This document shows positions 27,422 to 35,873 of a stretch of 64,000 bases of DNA, piece after piece. Position 1 is the first letter of the stretch. Each line of letters starts with the position of its first letter. Origin of the DNA: an uncultured Clostridium sp. (GTDB taxonomy: Bacteria; Bacillota; Clostridia; TANB77; CAG-508); NCBI GenBank assembly GCA_930986425.1, contig CAKNJR010000009.1:336-64335 (forward strand), in the 5' to 3' direction. A program made the translations under genes and the position numbers. The notes under the pieces were generated by a model. That model had not been told where the DNA came from. It saw only the letters and a program-made list of their open reading frames with translations, and searched no databases.

Positions 27422-28819
27422 TTAATTAATTATTTCACCAATTAAATCATATTCTCTAAAATCTGTAACTTTGCAATTTACAAATGTATTAGGCTCTGCT
27501 TTTCCTTTTATATATATAACTCCATCTATATCTGGTACATCCATGTATGTTCTACCTATACACTCATATGAGTTTTTACTGTTTTTGACATTTGCCTGTC
27601 TACTTTCAACTAATACTTTTAATGTTTTTCCTATATGCTTTTTCATATTTTCTTCTGATATATTTTTTTGTAAAGCCATTATTTTATTATATCTTTTCTT
27701 TTTTGTCATAGGATGAATTTGATTTTCCATTTTATATGCCACTGTGCCTTCTTCTTTTGAGTATGTAAAACATCCTAATTTATCTAATTTTGCCCATTTT
27801 ACAAATTCATATAATTCTTCAAAATCTTCTTCTGTTTCACCAGGGAATCCAACCATTAATGTACTTCTAATAACTACATTTGGGATTTCTTCTCTTAGTT
27901 TTGTAATTAATTTTCTAATGCTTTCCCCTGTACTTTTTCTATTCATCTTTTTTAATATTGAATTTGAGATATGTTGCATTGGTATATCAAAATATTTGCA
28001 TATTTTATCATTGTTTTTTACTTCTTGTATTAAATCTTCTGTAATTGTTTCTGGATAAGTATACAAAAATCTAATCCATTTTATACCTTCTATTTTACTT
28101 ATTTTATGCAAAAGCTCAGCTAGCATTGACTTTTTATAAATATCTACACCATATTTTGATGTATCTTGTGCTATAATTATTAGCTCTTTGTAACCTTTAT
28201 TTGCTAGTAATTTTGCTTCTTCTAAAATATCTTCTATTTTCCTACTTGTAAATCTTCCTCTAATGTATGGAATTGCACAAAATGTACAGAAATTGTTACA
28301 TCCTTCTGCAATTCTTAAATATGCATAGTTTTTGCCTGTTGATATTACTCTATTTAAAAAGTCTAGCTTTTCGTTTGTATTAATGTGATTTTCAATTGTT
28401 ATTCTTTGTTCTTCATTGTTGTTATTTGTTTCGTTCTCTATTAAATTTATTGTTTTTGCATTGTTTTTATTATTAATTAATTGTGTTATTTGTTCCCATA
28501 TTGTATCATATTCACTAAATTTAATAAATAAGTCTACTTCTGGTAAAGATTTTATTAAATCTTCCTTATATCTTTCTGTTAAACAACCTGTTACAATTAA
28601 AAATTTGCAATTTTTCTTTTTATATTCTGCCATTTCTAATATTGTGTTAATTGCTTCTTCTTTAGCAGATTCAATAAATCCACATGTATTTATTACTATT
28701 ATATCGGCATTTTGTGGTTCATTTACTATTTCGTAATTATTCTTTTTAAATAAACCTATCATCATTTCAGTATCTACTAAATTTTTACTACATCCAAGTG
28801 ATACAAATCCTACTTTCAT
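27422..28819 (-). CDS. rimO: ribosomal protein S12 methylthiotransferase RimO
   Basis: 465 aa with an MKVGFVSLGCSKNLVDTE UPF0004 domain, the radical SAM CNNFCTFCAIP motif and a C-terminal TRAM domain. Confidence 0.85.
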   Translation of the reverse strand: MKVGFVSLGCSKNLVDTEMMIGLFKKNNYEIVNEPQNADIIVINTCGFIESAKEEAINTILEMAEYKKKNCKFLIVTGCLTERYKEDLIKSLPEVDLFIKFSEYDTIWEQITQLINNKNNAKTINLIENETNNNNEEQRITIENHINTNEKLDFLNRVISTGKNYAYLRIAEGCNNFCTFCAIPYIRGRFTSRKIEDILEEAKLLANKGYKELIIIAQDTSKYGVDIYKKSMLAELLHKISKIEGIKWIRFLYTYPETITEDLIQEVKNNDKICKYFDIPMQHISNSILKKMNRKSTGESIRKLITKLREEIPNVVIRSTLMVGFPGETEEDFEELYEFVKWAKLDKLGCFTYSKEEGTVAYKMENQIHPMTKKKRYNKIMALQKNISEENMKKHIGKTLKVLVESRQANVKNSKNSYECIGRTYMDVPDIDGVIYIKGKAEPNTFVNCKVTDFREYDLIGEIIN

Positions 28820-28854
28820 TTTGTGTTCCTCTCTTTTATTTTGTGCTCTTTTCT

Positions 28855-28917
28855 TTTTTACTTTTGGGACGGTCCTTTTCGTAAAATTTTACGTTTTAGT
28901 CTGTCACAAAAGTAAAA
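28855..28917. repeat. intergenic nested-palindrome repeat, copy 1
   Basis: ttttttacttttgggacggtccttttcgtaaaattttacgttttagtctgtcacaaaagtaaaa is about 90% identical to 54962-55027. It has an outer 13-bp stem and an inner perfect palindrome cgtaaaattttacg. Confidence 0.8.
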
Positions 28918-28918
28918 T

Positions 28919-30115
28919 TTATTCTATTATTTCATTTAGTCTATCTATTCCTCTAACTAACTTGTCATAAGTAGCTTTATCTAGTGTACTTCCGTCTCTT
29001 CTGTAGTTTGCAATTTCATTTTTCATATCTAATAGTTTATATCGATTTGTTTTATTTTTTGAACCATAATCATTCATGTATATAGGCACATAATCTACTT
29101 TATACAAAGATACTTCGTCATTTTCGCCATCATAATAAAGTTGAATATTTAATATTAATTCCAGATTAGAATTTTCATAGCTAAAATCTGATGTAAAGTC
29201 TCCTAATGAATATGCAACTAAACAATCTTCTCCTGCTTCATTTTGCATTATTTCCATAGGTTGTACAACTGATGGATGTGCCCCTATTATTATGTTTGCA
29301 CCATTGTTTACTAAAAATTGTGCTTGTTTTTTTTGTGTACTGGTAGGTTCACTTGTATAAACATCTCCCCAATGCATTAAAACTATTGAGAAGTCAGCAT
29401 TTTCTTTTGCATAGTCTAAATCTTGCTTTGCTAATTCTTCACTAAATATATTTATTCCTTCTGTGTTATCATTGTATGAGTATGATAACACAGCTATTTT
29501 TATGCCCTTTTCTTCTATGATTTTTACTCTATCTTTTGGTTCTTCTGCATATATGCCAATTGTTTGCATTCCTATTGATTCAAGATATTCTTTAGTATAA
29601 TTTAATGCTTCTTGTCCATTATCTAGTGCGTGATTATGTGCAAGTGTAACAAAATCAATTCCTGCTTCTCTTACAGCATTTGCAAAACTTAAAGTATCTT
29701 CTGTTATATTGGTTTCGTAAGTTCCCATTACTATGTCTGAATCGGCTAAATATCTTGATATGTTTTCAAAAATATTTGTATAAAGTCCTTCATTATTTTT
29801 TCCATTGTTCTTTAAATTATTGCCTAATAGAATGTCACCTATTGCAGAAATTCTAACTATTGAATCTAACTTAATGTTATTTTTTGCATCTATTTCAGCT
29901 TCCATTGATGAGTATATTTCTTCAACATGTGCTGCAATTCTTTGTTGTTCTTGTGCAATTTTATTTCTTTCATTTATATTTAAAATAACATTTATTATAA
30001 TGCAAATTATTATTACAGCTAAAAGAATAGAAGATATTATTATAAAATTTTTATTACTGATTGTATCTCTTATTATGTTTGATTTTCTTGTTTTTCTTCT
30101 TCTGTTATTAGCCAT
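28919..30115 (-). CDS. CapA/PGA_cap family metallophosphatase-like membrane-anchored protein
   Basis: 398 aa with an N-terminal TM anchor. GDILLG, HNHALD, LMHWG and GAHPSVVQP motifs fit the CapA family. Confidence 0.75.
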   Translation of the reverse strand: MANNRRRKTRKSNIIRDTISNKNFIIISSILLAVIIICIIINVILNINERNKIAQEQQRIAAHVEEIYSSMEAEIDAKNNIKLDSIVRISAIGDILLGNNLKNNGKNNEGLYTNIFENISRYLADSDIVMGTYETNITEDTLSFANAVREAGIDFVTLAHNHALDNGQEALNYTKEYLESIGMQTIGIYAEEPKDRVKIIEEKGIKIAVLSYSYNDNTEGINIFSEELAKQDLDYAKENADFSIVLMHWGDVYTSEPTSTQKKQAQFLVNNGANIIIGAHPSVVQPMEIMQNEAGEDCLVAYSLGDFTSDFSYENSNLELILNIQLYYDGENDEVSLYKVDYVPIYMNDYGSKNKTNRYKLLDMKNEIANYRRDGSTLDKATYDKLVRGIDRLNEIIE

Positions 30116-30270
30116 AAATTCCTCCTTATTTTTGTTTTGTTATTTTAATATTATTTTATTACAATATACTTTTAAATTATACAATATTTTTACTTTTTTT
30201 ACAAGTTTTTTAGTAAACATAAAATTTGTATGGTTGTTTTTATTTTACTAGCAAATTAGCTTTATAATTC

Positions 30271-30319
30271 AATAAAAATACTAGAAAATATTTAATTATT
30301 TTTCATATTTTCTAGTATT
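30271..30319 (-). terminator. rho-independent terminator of the 30325..31773 gene
   Basis: A perfect 15-bp stem, aatactagaaaatat (30277-30291) with atattttctagtatt (30305-30319), is followed by a U run on the minus strand. Confidence 0.75.
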
Positions 30320-30324
30320 ATTTT

Positions 30325-31773
30325 TTATTTATATAAAATTGGTCTTGATGAAGTACTATAACTTGCCGTTAAGCCATAACTAGGAAATGCTGTATTAGAA
30401 TCAATTATAGAATGTACATTTTCATCTTGTTGAAAACCTCCCCCAGATTTCCTATGTTCACTATTAGAATTAAATATTTCTGTTGACCACTCTTCTGCAT
30501 TTCCGCCCAAATCATATATGTTGTTATTGCTCCATTGATTTCCATTTTGAATATCTGCTCCTGTATACAATAATATTGTAAGTCCAACTCCAGCTCCTCC
30601 TAAATCAAAAGTACTTGTATAGTTTTGTATTTGTTCGCTTATTCCATAGTCTGGAGTTTCATAATATCCTCTGACATTAACACTACTATTATCATACCAA
30701 GTAGTGTTTGAATAATTACCACTTGTATTAATTCCACTAGTTGAATTTACCCAATTTAATGTAGTTGTCCTTGCGTAACTGTTCATCATTGCACTTTGCA
30801 CTTCTCCGTTATACATACTTTCTAGATTACTTTTTGCCGTTTCATAATCTATATTTATCCATGGTATTACATTTCCTATGCATACTGGTATTCCAGATAC
30901 ATTTCTTTCATCTATTTCTAATGTTGGCGCTTCTCCACTAACTTGTCCTGGCATTCCCATTTCATATCTTCCCATATAAAACCCACAATTTTCTAACACA
31001 CTATTTTTGAAATATGCAATGCTCTTCTTATCATTCACATCTCCATCATCTTCATACCAATCTGTATATCGTATATCTGAATATTCAGGTTCTCTAGTTA
31101 ATTCAGATATTTTTAGTGTAGTTTCATCTGATTTTGTTACATATCCACCATTATCTGTTGCTTCTACATATACGTCAAATGTTCCTGCTTTTACTGGAAC
31201 CCATACAAATTCATTTCCTATACTTGTATCTTTTATTACATAACCTGTATCAATTTCTCCTTCTGTATGCTCAAATCCTGTTGGTATATATGGTGTTTTA
31301 TTTTCTAATTCTATACTTATTGTATATTCTTTTTCTGATGTTTTTCCTTGCGACTCTCCGTTTATAAAGTATTCATATTGAGCTCCTTCTCCAAAATCGG
31401 TTAGCACTTTTATTGTTATGCTTTCAGTTGTATAACTAATATCTAAATAAAATGGTCTTTTCTTAGTTCCTGTAATTTTTACTCCATTTACATATGCAGT
31501 TTTTCCTTCTAATATATCTTCTGGTGTTGCCGTGGCATCTGATGTGTCTAATACTTCTAATGTTCCTGTTATTCCACCTATTGTTATACCATTTTTTATA
31601 TAACTAGCAACTAATGTAGAGCCAGCATTTGCTGTTGCATCAAGGTAGTCAGTATTTGCTACTTTTCTATTTTCTATTACATTTACTGTAATAATTGTAG
31701 ATAATATTATAATTAATACTAATATTGTTACTACAATAGTTATTTTTTGTTTTTTGCTTATTTTTTTCATCAT
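30325..31773 (-). CDS. signal-anchored surface protein with a C-terminal FGE-sulfatase (SUMF1-like) domain
   Basis: SD AAGGAGG lies before ATGATG at 31773. The anchor is KKQKITIVVTILVLIIILS. FVWVPV, GFYMGRYEMG, IYDLGGNAEEWSTE and SGGG motifs are present. Confidence 0.65.
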   Translation of the reverse strand: MMKKISKKQKITIVVTILVLIIILSTIITVNVIENRKVANTDYLDATANAGSTLVASYIKNGITIGGITGTLEVLDTSDATATPEDILEGKTAYVNGVKITGTKKRPFYLDISYTTESITIKVLTDFGEGAQYEYFINGESQGKTSEKEYTISIELENKTPYIPTGFEHTEGEIDTGYVIKDTSIGNEFVWVPVKAGTFDVYVEATDNGGYVTKSDETTLKISELTREPEYSDIRYTDWYEDDGDVNDKKSIAYFKNSVLENCGFYMGRYEMGMPGQVSGEAPTLEIDERNVSGIPVCIGNVIPWINIDYETAKSNLESMYNGEVQSAMMNSYARTTTLNWVNSTSGINTSGNYSNTTWYDNSSVNVRGYYETPDYGISEQIQNYTSTFDLGGAGVGLTILLYTGADIQNGNQWSNNNIYDLGGNAEEWSTEIFNSNSEHRKSGGGFQQDENVHSIIDSNTAFPSYGLTASYSTSSRPILYK

Positions 31774-31927
31774 TTTATCCTCCTTTGCTTTGTATTTATT
31801 TGTTAAAATTCCTAATTTTGCACATATATTGCAAAACAAGCTATGCACTTTAAACGCATTTTAAATACGTTTAAAATACATAGCTTGTTCTCTATGTCTA
31901 CATAATCTTATTTTGTTAAATCTTACG

Positions 31928-31950
31928 ATATATATATATATATATATATA
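31928..31950. repeat. (AT)11 dinucleotide microsatellite in a divergent promoter region
   Basis: atatatatatatatatatatata, 23 nt, read directly. Confidence 0.95.
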
Positions 31951-32132
31951 CAGCCTCAAGGGTTTTAGCGATTTTCATTTCTCTTCTCCTTTTTTAATTG
32001 TCTTTAGTATATCACAAAATTTTATTTATTTACAACATTTTTTGATTTCAAGATAAACTCTATTTTACTCTTGAAAATTTCCTATATTTGTAATACAATA
32101 CATATGATAAAAAAAGAGATTGGAGTTTAATT

Positions 32133-33836
32133 ATGAATAACAAATTATATGATGGTCAAAAGTTAAATGATTTTAGAGAGCTTGTTAATTTATATAAAAC
32201 TAAATACAAGGATTTAATAGCTTTTGAATACAAAGAAACTCCAGAGAGTACAGAGCATATAAAAATAACTTATGAACAATTTGCTAAGGATATTGAATCT
32301 TTAGCTTGTCGTTTGATGGAATTAGATTGTTCAAGAATTGCCGTTATATCTGATAATAGACATGAATGGTGTGTAAGCTATTTGGCTATTACAACCGCTG
32401 GTTTAGTAGTGGTTCCACTTGATAAATCTTTACCAGATAATGAACTTCTTGATTTACTAAAACGAAGTGAATCTGATGGTATTATTTTTAGTGATAAATA
32501 TGCTCATGTGCTAAAAGATTCAGACTGTAAATTCAAAATTTGCATGGATTATAGTGAAGATAAAGATGGCTTCTTATCTTATTCAAAATTGCTATCAGAA
32601 GGTTCTAAACTAGATAAATCAAAGTATAATGATTTGAAAATAGATAATAAATCTATGAGTATTATTTTATTCACATCAGGTACTACTACCATTGCTAAAT
32701 CTGTAATGCTTTCACAATATGCTATTTGTATGGATTTATATGCACTTAGTCAAATGATTAATATTACAACTGAAGATAAGTTTTTATCTTTTTTACCTCT
32801 TCATCATACATTTGAAAGTACTACAACGTTTTTATTTGGTACTTCTTGTGGCATTACTATTGCCATTTGTGATGGATTAAGATATATTCAAAATAACTTA
32901 GTTGAATATCATGTTACTGGTTTTGTATGCGTTCCTCTTATGCTTGAAATAATGTATAAGAAAATTTTAAAAGAAATTAAGGCTCAAAAAAAGGCAACTC
33001 TTGTTAAAATTATGAGATTTTTATTTAGGCATAGCAATATTGAGACTAAGAGAAAAGTTTTTAAATCTATAATTGATAATCTTGGTGGTAAGCTTCGTAC
33101 TATAGTTGCAGGAGGAGCTCCAATGGATAAAGAAACTATACAAGGTTATAATGATTTTGGTTTTGATGTCCATCAAGGTTATGGTTTAACAGAAACAGCT
33201 CCGGTTTTGGCTGGTGAAAATAGTTTTAATAAGAAAACAGGTTCTGTTGGATTTCCACTTCCAACGATAGAGCTTAAAGTAGATAAACCAGATGAAAATG
33301 GAATTGGCGAAATTATAGCTAAAACACCTGCTATAATGCTAGGATATTACAAAAATGAAGAAGCTACTAAAGAAGTTCTTAAAGATGGCTGGTTTTATAC
33401 TGGGGATTTAGGCTATATTGATAATGACGGTTATGTTTTTATAACTGGTAGAAAAAAAGATATGATTGTCCTTAAAAATGGTAAAAAAATATTTCCTGAG
33501 GAAATAGAAATACTAATCAATAAACTTCCATATGTTACTGAAAGTATGGTTTTCGGTTCTCTAGATGATTCTAAGCAAGATAGAAATACAGATATTGTGA
33601 TTTGTGCTGAGATTATCTATAATGAAGATGAATTAAAAAAAGTTTTTCCTAATATAAAAGACAGTGAATATTGTGATACTATTTGGAATGATATTAAAAC
33701 TAAAATCAATAAACAAATGCCTGCTTACAAATATATTAGAAGAATTCTAGTTTCAACTGAGCCTATTATTAAAACTACTACTCAAAAAATTAAGAGGAGC
33801 GAAGAACTTAAGAAAATTAAAGAAAAAAGCAAATAA
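32133..33836 (+). CDS. long-chain fatty-acid--CoA ligase (AMP-dependent synthetase family)
   Basis: 567 aa with the AMP-binding motifs ILFTSGTTTIAKSVMLS, GYGLTET and YTGDLGYIDNDGYVFITGRKKD. Confidence 0.85.
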   Translation: MNNKLYDGQKLNDFRELVNLYKTKYKDLIAFEYKETPESTEHIKITYEQFAKDIESLACRLMELDCSRIAVISDNRHEWCVSYLAITTAGLVVVPLDKSLPDNELLDLLKRSESDGIIFSDKYAHVLKDSDCKFKICMDYSEDKDGFLSYSKLLSEGSKLDKSKYNDLKIDNKSMSIILFTSGTTTIAKSVMLSQYAICMDLYALSQMINITTEDKFLSFLPLHHTFESTTTFLFGTSCGITIAICDGLRYIQNNLVEYHVTGFVCVPLMLEIMYKKILKEIKAQKKATLVKIMRFLFRHSNIETKRKVFKSIIDNLGGKLRTIVAGGAPMDKETIQGYNDFGFDVHQGYGLTETAPVLAGENSFNKKTGSVGFPLPTIELKVDKPDENGIGEIIAKTPAIMLGYYKNEEATKEVLKDGWFYTGDLGYIDNDGYVFITGRKKDMIVLKNGKKIFPEEIEILINKLPYVTESMVFGSLDDSKQDRNTDIVICAEIIYNEDELKKVFPNIKDSEYCDTIWNDIKTKINKQMPAYKYIRRILVSTEPIIKTTTQKIKRSEELKKIKEKSK

Positions 33837-33844
33837 CATAGATG

Positions 33845-33880
33845 AAACGAGGCAGTGAGTTATACCTGCCTCGTTTTGTA
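33845..33880 (+). terminator. rho-independent terminator of the CoA ligase gene
   Basis: An 11-bp stem aaacgaggcag / ctgcctcgttt is followed by a T run. Confidence 0.85.
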
Positions 33881-33914
33881 TTTTTATCAATACTTTTTCA
33901 TATATTGGGTAATT

Positions 33915-35075
33915 TTATCTTCCCAATATATGTTTTCTTGTTATTTCCAAAAGTCCTAGTTTTGTAAATTCTAATACTTGAACTTTTGACCTATCACTTT
34001 TAAAACATTCTATTATATAGTTTCTTATATCTTCTTTATCTTTTTCATCTTCCATGTCTATATAGTCTATTATGATTATTCCACCAATATCTCTTAATCT
34101 AATTTGTTTTGCAATTTCTTTTGTGGCTTCCTTATTAACTTTTAGCACTGTTTTTTCTAAATTTTTATTACCTGTAAATTTTCCTGAATTCACATCTATT
34201 GCAGTTAATGCCTCTGTTTTATCTATTGTTATAAAGCCTCCACAATTAAGCCATATTTTTCTTTCTAGCTTCATTTTATTTTTTACATCAAATTTTTCTA
34301 GAACATTTTTTTGAACTACAATTTTATCTTTTAAGTTTTCAAAATGTTCTGCTATTTCTTTGTTGTTTGTATATATTTTTTCAAGGTTATTCTCTGCTAA
34401 GTCTGTTATTATTTTTCCAACAATGCCATCATTATCATATATTTTTACTGGTGATAAGTTTTTATCTCTTATTTCATTTGCTCTTTCTAAAATGTTATTC
34501 CAAAATGTTAATAGCAAATGTGTTTCATTTATTATTTCTTCTGTTTTCTTTCCTTCTGCTGCTGTTCTTATTATTGCACCATATCCTTCTGGTAATTCTT
34601 TTTTTATTGCTTCTTTTAGCTCATTTATTTTTTCTTTGTCCTCAATTTTTTGGGATACTGTTATAAAGTTTGAATAAGGCATTAAAATAATTAATTTACC
34701 ATTTATTTTTATATCCTTTGTAACCCTTGGTCCCTTTTGCTCATTGCAATCTCTTTTTACTTGAACTAGTATTTCATCTCCTGGCTTTACAATTTTTGAA
34801 ATATCATATTTGGATGTATCTTCAAATACATTACCTGTTACATTGCTTGCTTTAGGAATTATGTCTTTTATATGTACCAATGCATTTTTTTCTTCACCTA
34901 TATCTATAAAAGCTGATTGCATTCCGGGAATTATATTCTTTATTTTTCCTAAATATATATTTCCCTCTAATCGTTTTTCTGCATTCTTTTCATTATATAG
35001 TTCAACAAGTTCTCCATCTTGAACTACAGCCACAATTGTATTTTCTTTTTGTTTATCTATTAAAATATTGTACAT
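33915..35075 (-). CDS. rng: ribonuclease G/E family protein (short form)
   Basis: S1 domain GNIYLGKIKNIIPGMQSAFIDIG, catalytic region TAIDVNSGKF and IIIDYIDM. The start was chosen at MYNILID; the track GTG start has no SD. Confidence 0.8.
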   Translation of the reverse strand: MYNILIDKQKENTIVAVVQDGELVELYNEKNAEKRLEGNIYLGKIKNIIPGMQSAFIDIGEEKNALVHIKDIIPKASNVTGNVFEDTSKYDISKIVKPGDEILVQVKRDCNEQKGPRVTKDIKINGKLIILMPYSNFITVSQKIEDKEKINELKEAIKKELPEGYGAIIRTAAEGKKTEEIINETHLLLTFWNNILERANEIRDKNLSPVKIYDNDGIVGKIITDLAENNLEKIYTNNKEIAEHFENLKDKIVVQKNVLEKFDVKNKMKLERKIWLNCGGFITIDKTEALTAIDVNSGKFTGNKNLEKTVLKVNKEATKEIAKQIRLRDIGGIIIIDYIDMEDEKDKEDIRNYIIECFKSDRSKVQVLEFTKLGLLEITRKHILGR

Positions 35076-35150
35076 TTCTATCTTATTTCCTCCAAAAAGG
35101 TTACAATTCACAGTTTAATTTTTCTATTTAGCATTGACTTGTAACCCACT

Positions 35151-35274
35151 GGTTGGAAAAGAATTGTGTGTTTGACTAGGCTAACAAGCAAGAAAACCGG
35201 AGGCGTGCTTTTTTGCACGTTGAGGATTTTCGAAGCGAAGTTAAACGACGTCAAAGCGCAATTATTTTTCAACC
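35151..35274 (+). ncRNA. candidate structured RNA: GC-enriched 124-nt extended hairpin, plus-strand polarity favoured
   Basis: 24 of 26 positions pair between 35151-35176 and 35250-35274. These include three G-U pairs that would be C-A mismatches on the other strand. The apical hairpin is ggcgtgc-tttttt-gcacgtt. No family was recognised. Confidence 0.3.
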
Positions 35275-35281
35275 CCATTTT

Positions 35282-35839
35282 TTAATTAAATTTATTCATT
35301 GCAATGTCTATTCCATCTTTTAAAATTACTGGTACCGCTTCTGCTGCTTTTTCTATTGATGGTATTAATTTCTCATATTCTTCGTCTTTTAATTTGCCTA
35401 TAACATGTGGTATAAGTAATTCTTTAAATATTGGCTTTCCTGTTCCTATTCTTATGTGTATAAATTCTCCTGTTTTTATATATTCTATAACTGATTTCAT
35501 TCCATTATGTGTTCCAGCTCCACCTTTTTTTCTAAGCTTTATTACTCCTACTTCTAAATCTATATCATCATATATTATTATTATATTTTCTGTTGGAATT
35601 TTATAATATTCTTTTACTTTTATGATACTTTTTCCACTTTCATTCATATATGTTTGTGGCTTTAGTAAAATTACTTTTTGGTTTTCGATTTCACCACTGC
35701 CAATCAGTCCGTCGAAATCTTTTTTACTAACATCAATATTATATTTTTCGCTCAATTTGTTTATTACATCGAATCCCATATTGTGTCTAGTTTTGCTATA
35801 TTCAGGTTCAGGATTTCCTAATCCAACTATTAAATACAT
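35282..35839 (-). CDS. pth: peptidyl-tRNA hydrolase
   Basis: YLIVGLGNPEPEYSKTRHNMGF is a canonical Pth N-terminus. SD AAGAGGA lies before the ATG at 35839. Confidence 0.92.
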   Translation of the reverse strand: MYLIVGLGNPEPEYSKTRHNMGFDVINKLSEKYNIDVSKKDFDGLIGSGEIENQKVILLKPQTYMNESGKSIIKVKEYYKIPTENIIIIYDDIDLEVGVIKLRKKGGAGTHNGMKSVIEYIKTGEFIHIRIGTGKPIFKELLIPHVIGKLKDEEYEKLIPSIEKAAEAVPVILKDGIDIAMNKFN

Positions 35840-35873
35840 ACTTTTTTCCTCTTTCATTTTAATTTATTTATAC

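Noticed and set aside
28855-28917. The palindromic repeat considered as the intrinsic terminator of the CapA-like gene.
   Set aside because: On the minus strand the hairpin is followed by an A run rather than a U run, and the second copy has no gene to terminate. I therefore treat it as a repeat element.
35151-35274. Identification of the GC-rich hairpin as SRP (4.5S/scRNA) or 6S RNA.
   Set aside because: The apical loop is TTTTTT or AAAAAA rather than a GNRA tetraloop, and the conserved SRP domain IV motifs (GGAA, AGCA) are absent. It is also too short for 6S RNA and lacks a large central bubble. I left it as an unclassified candidate.
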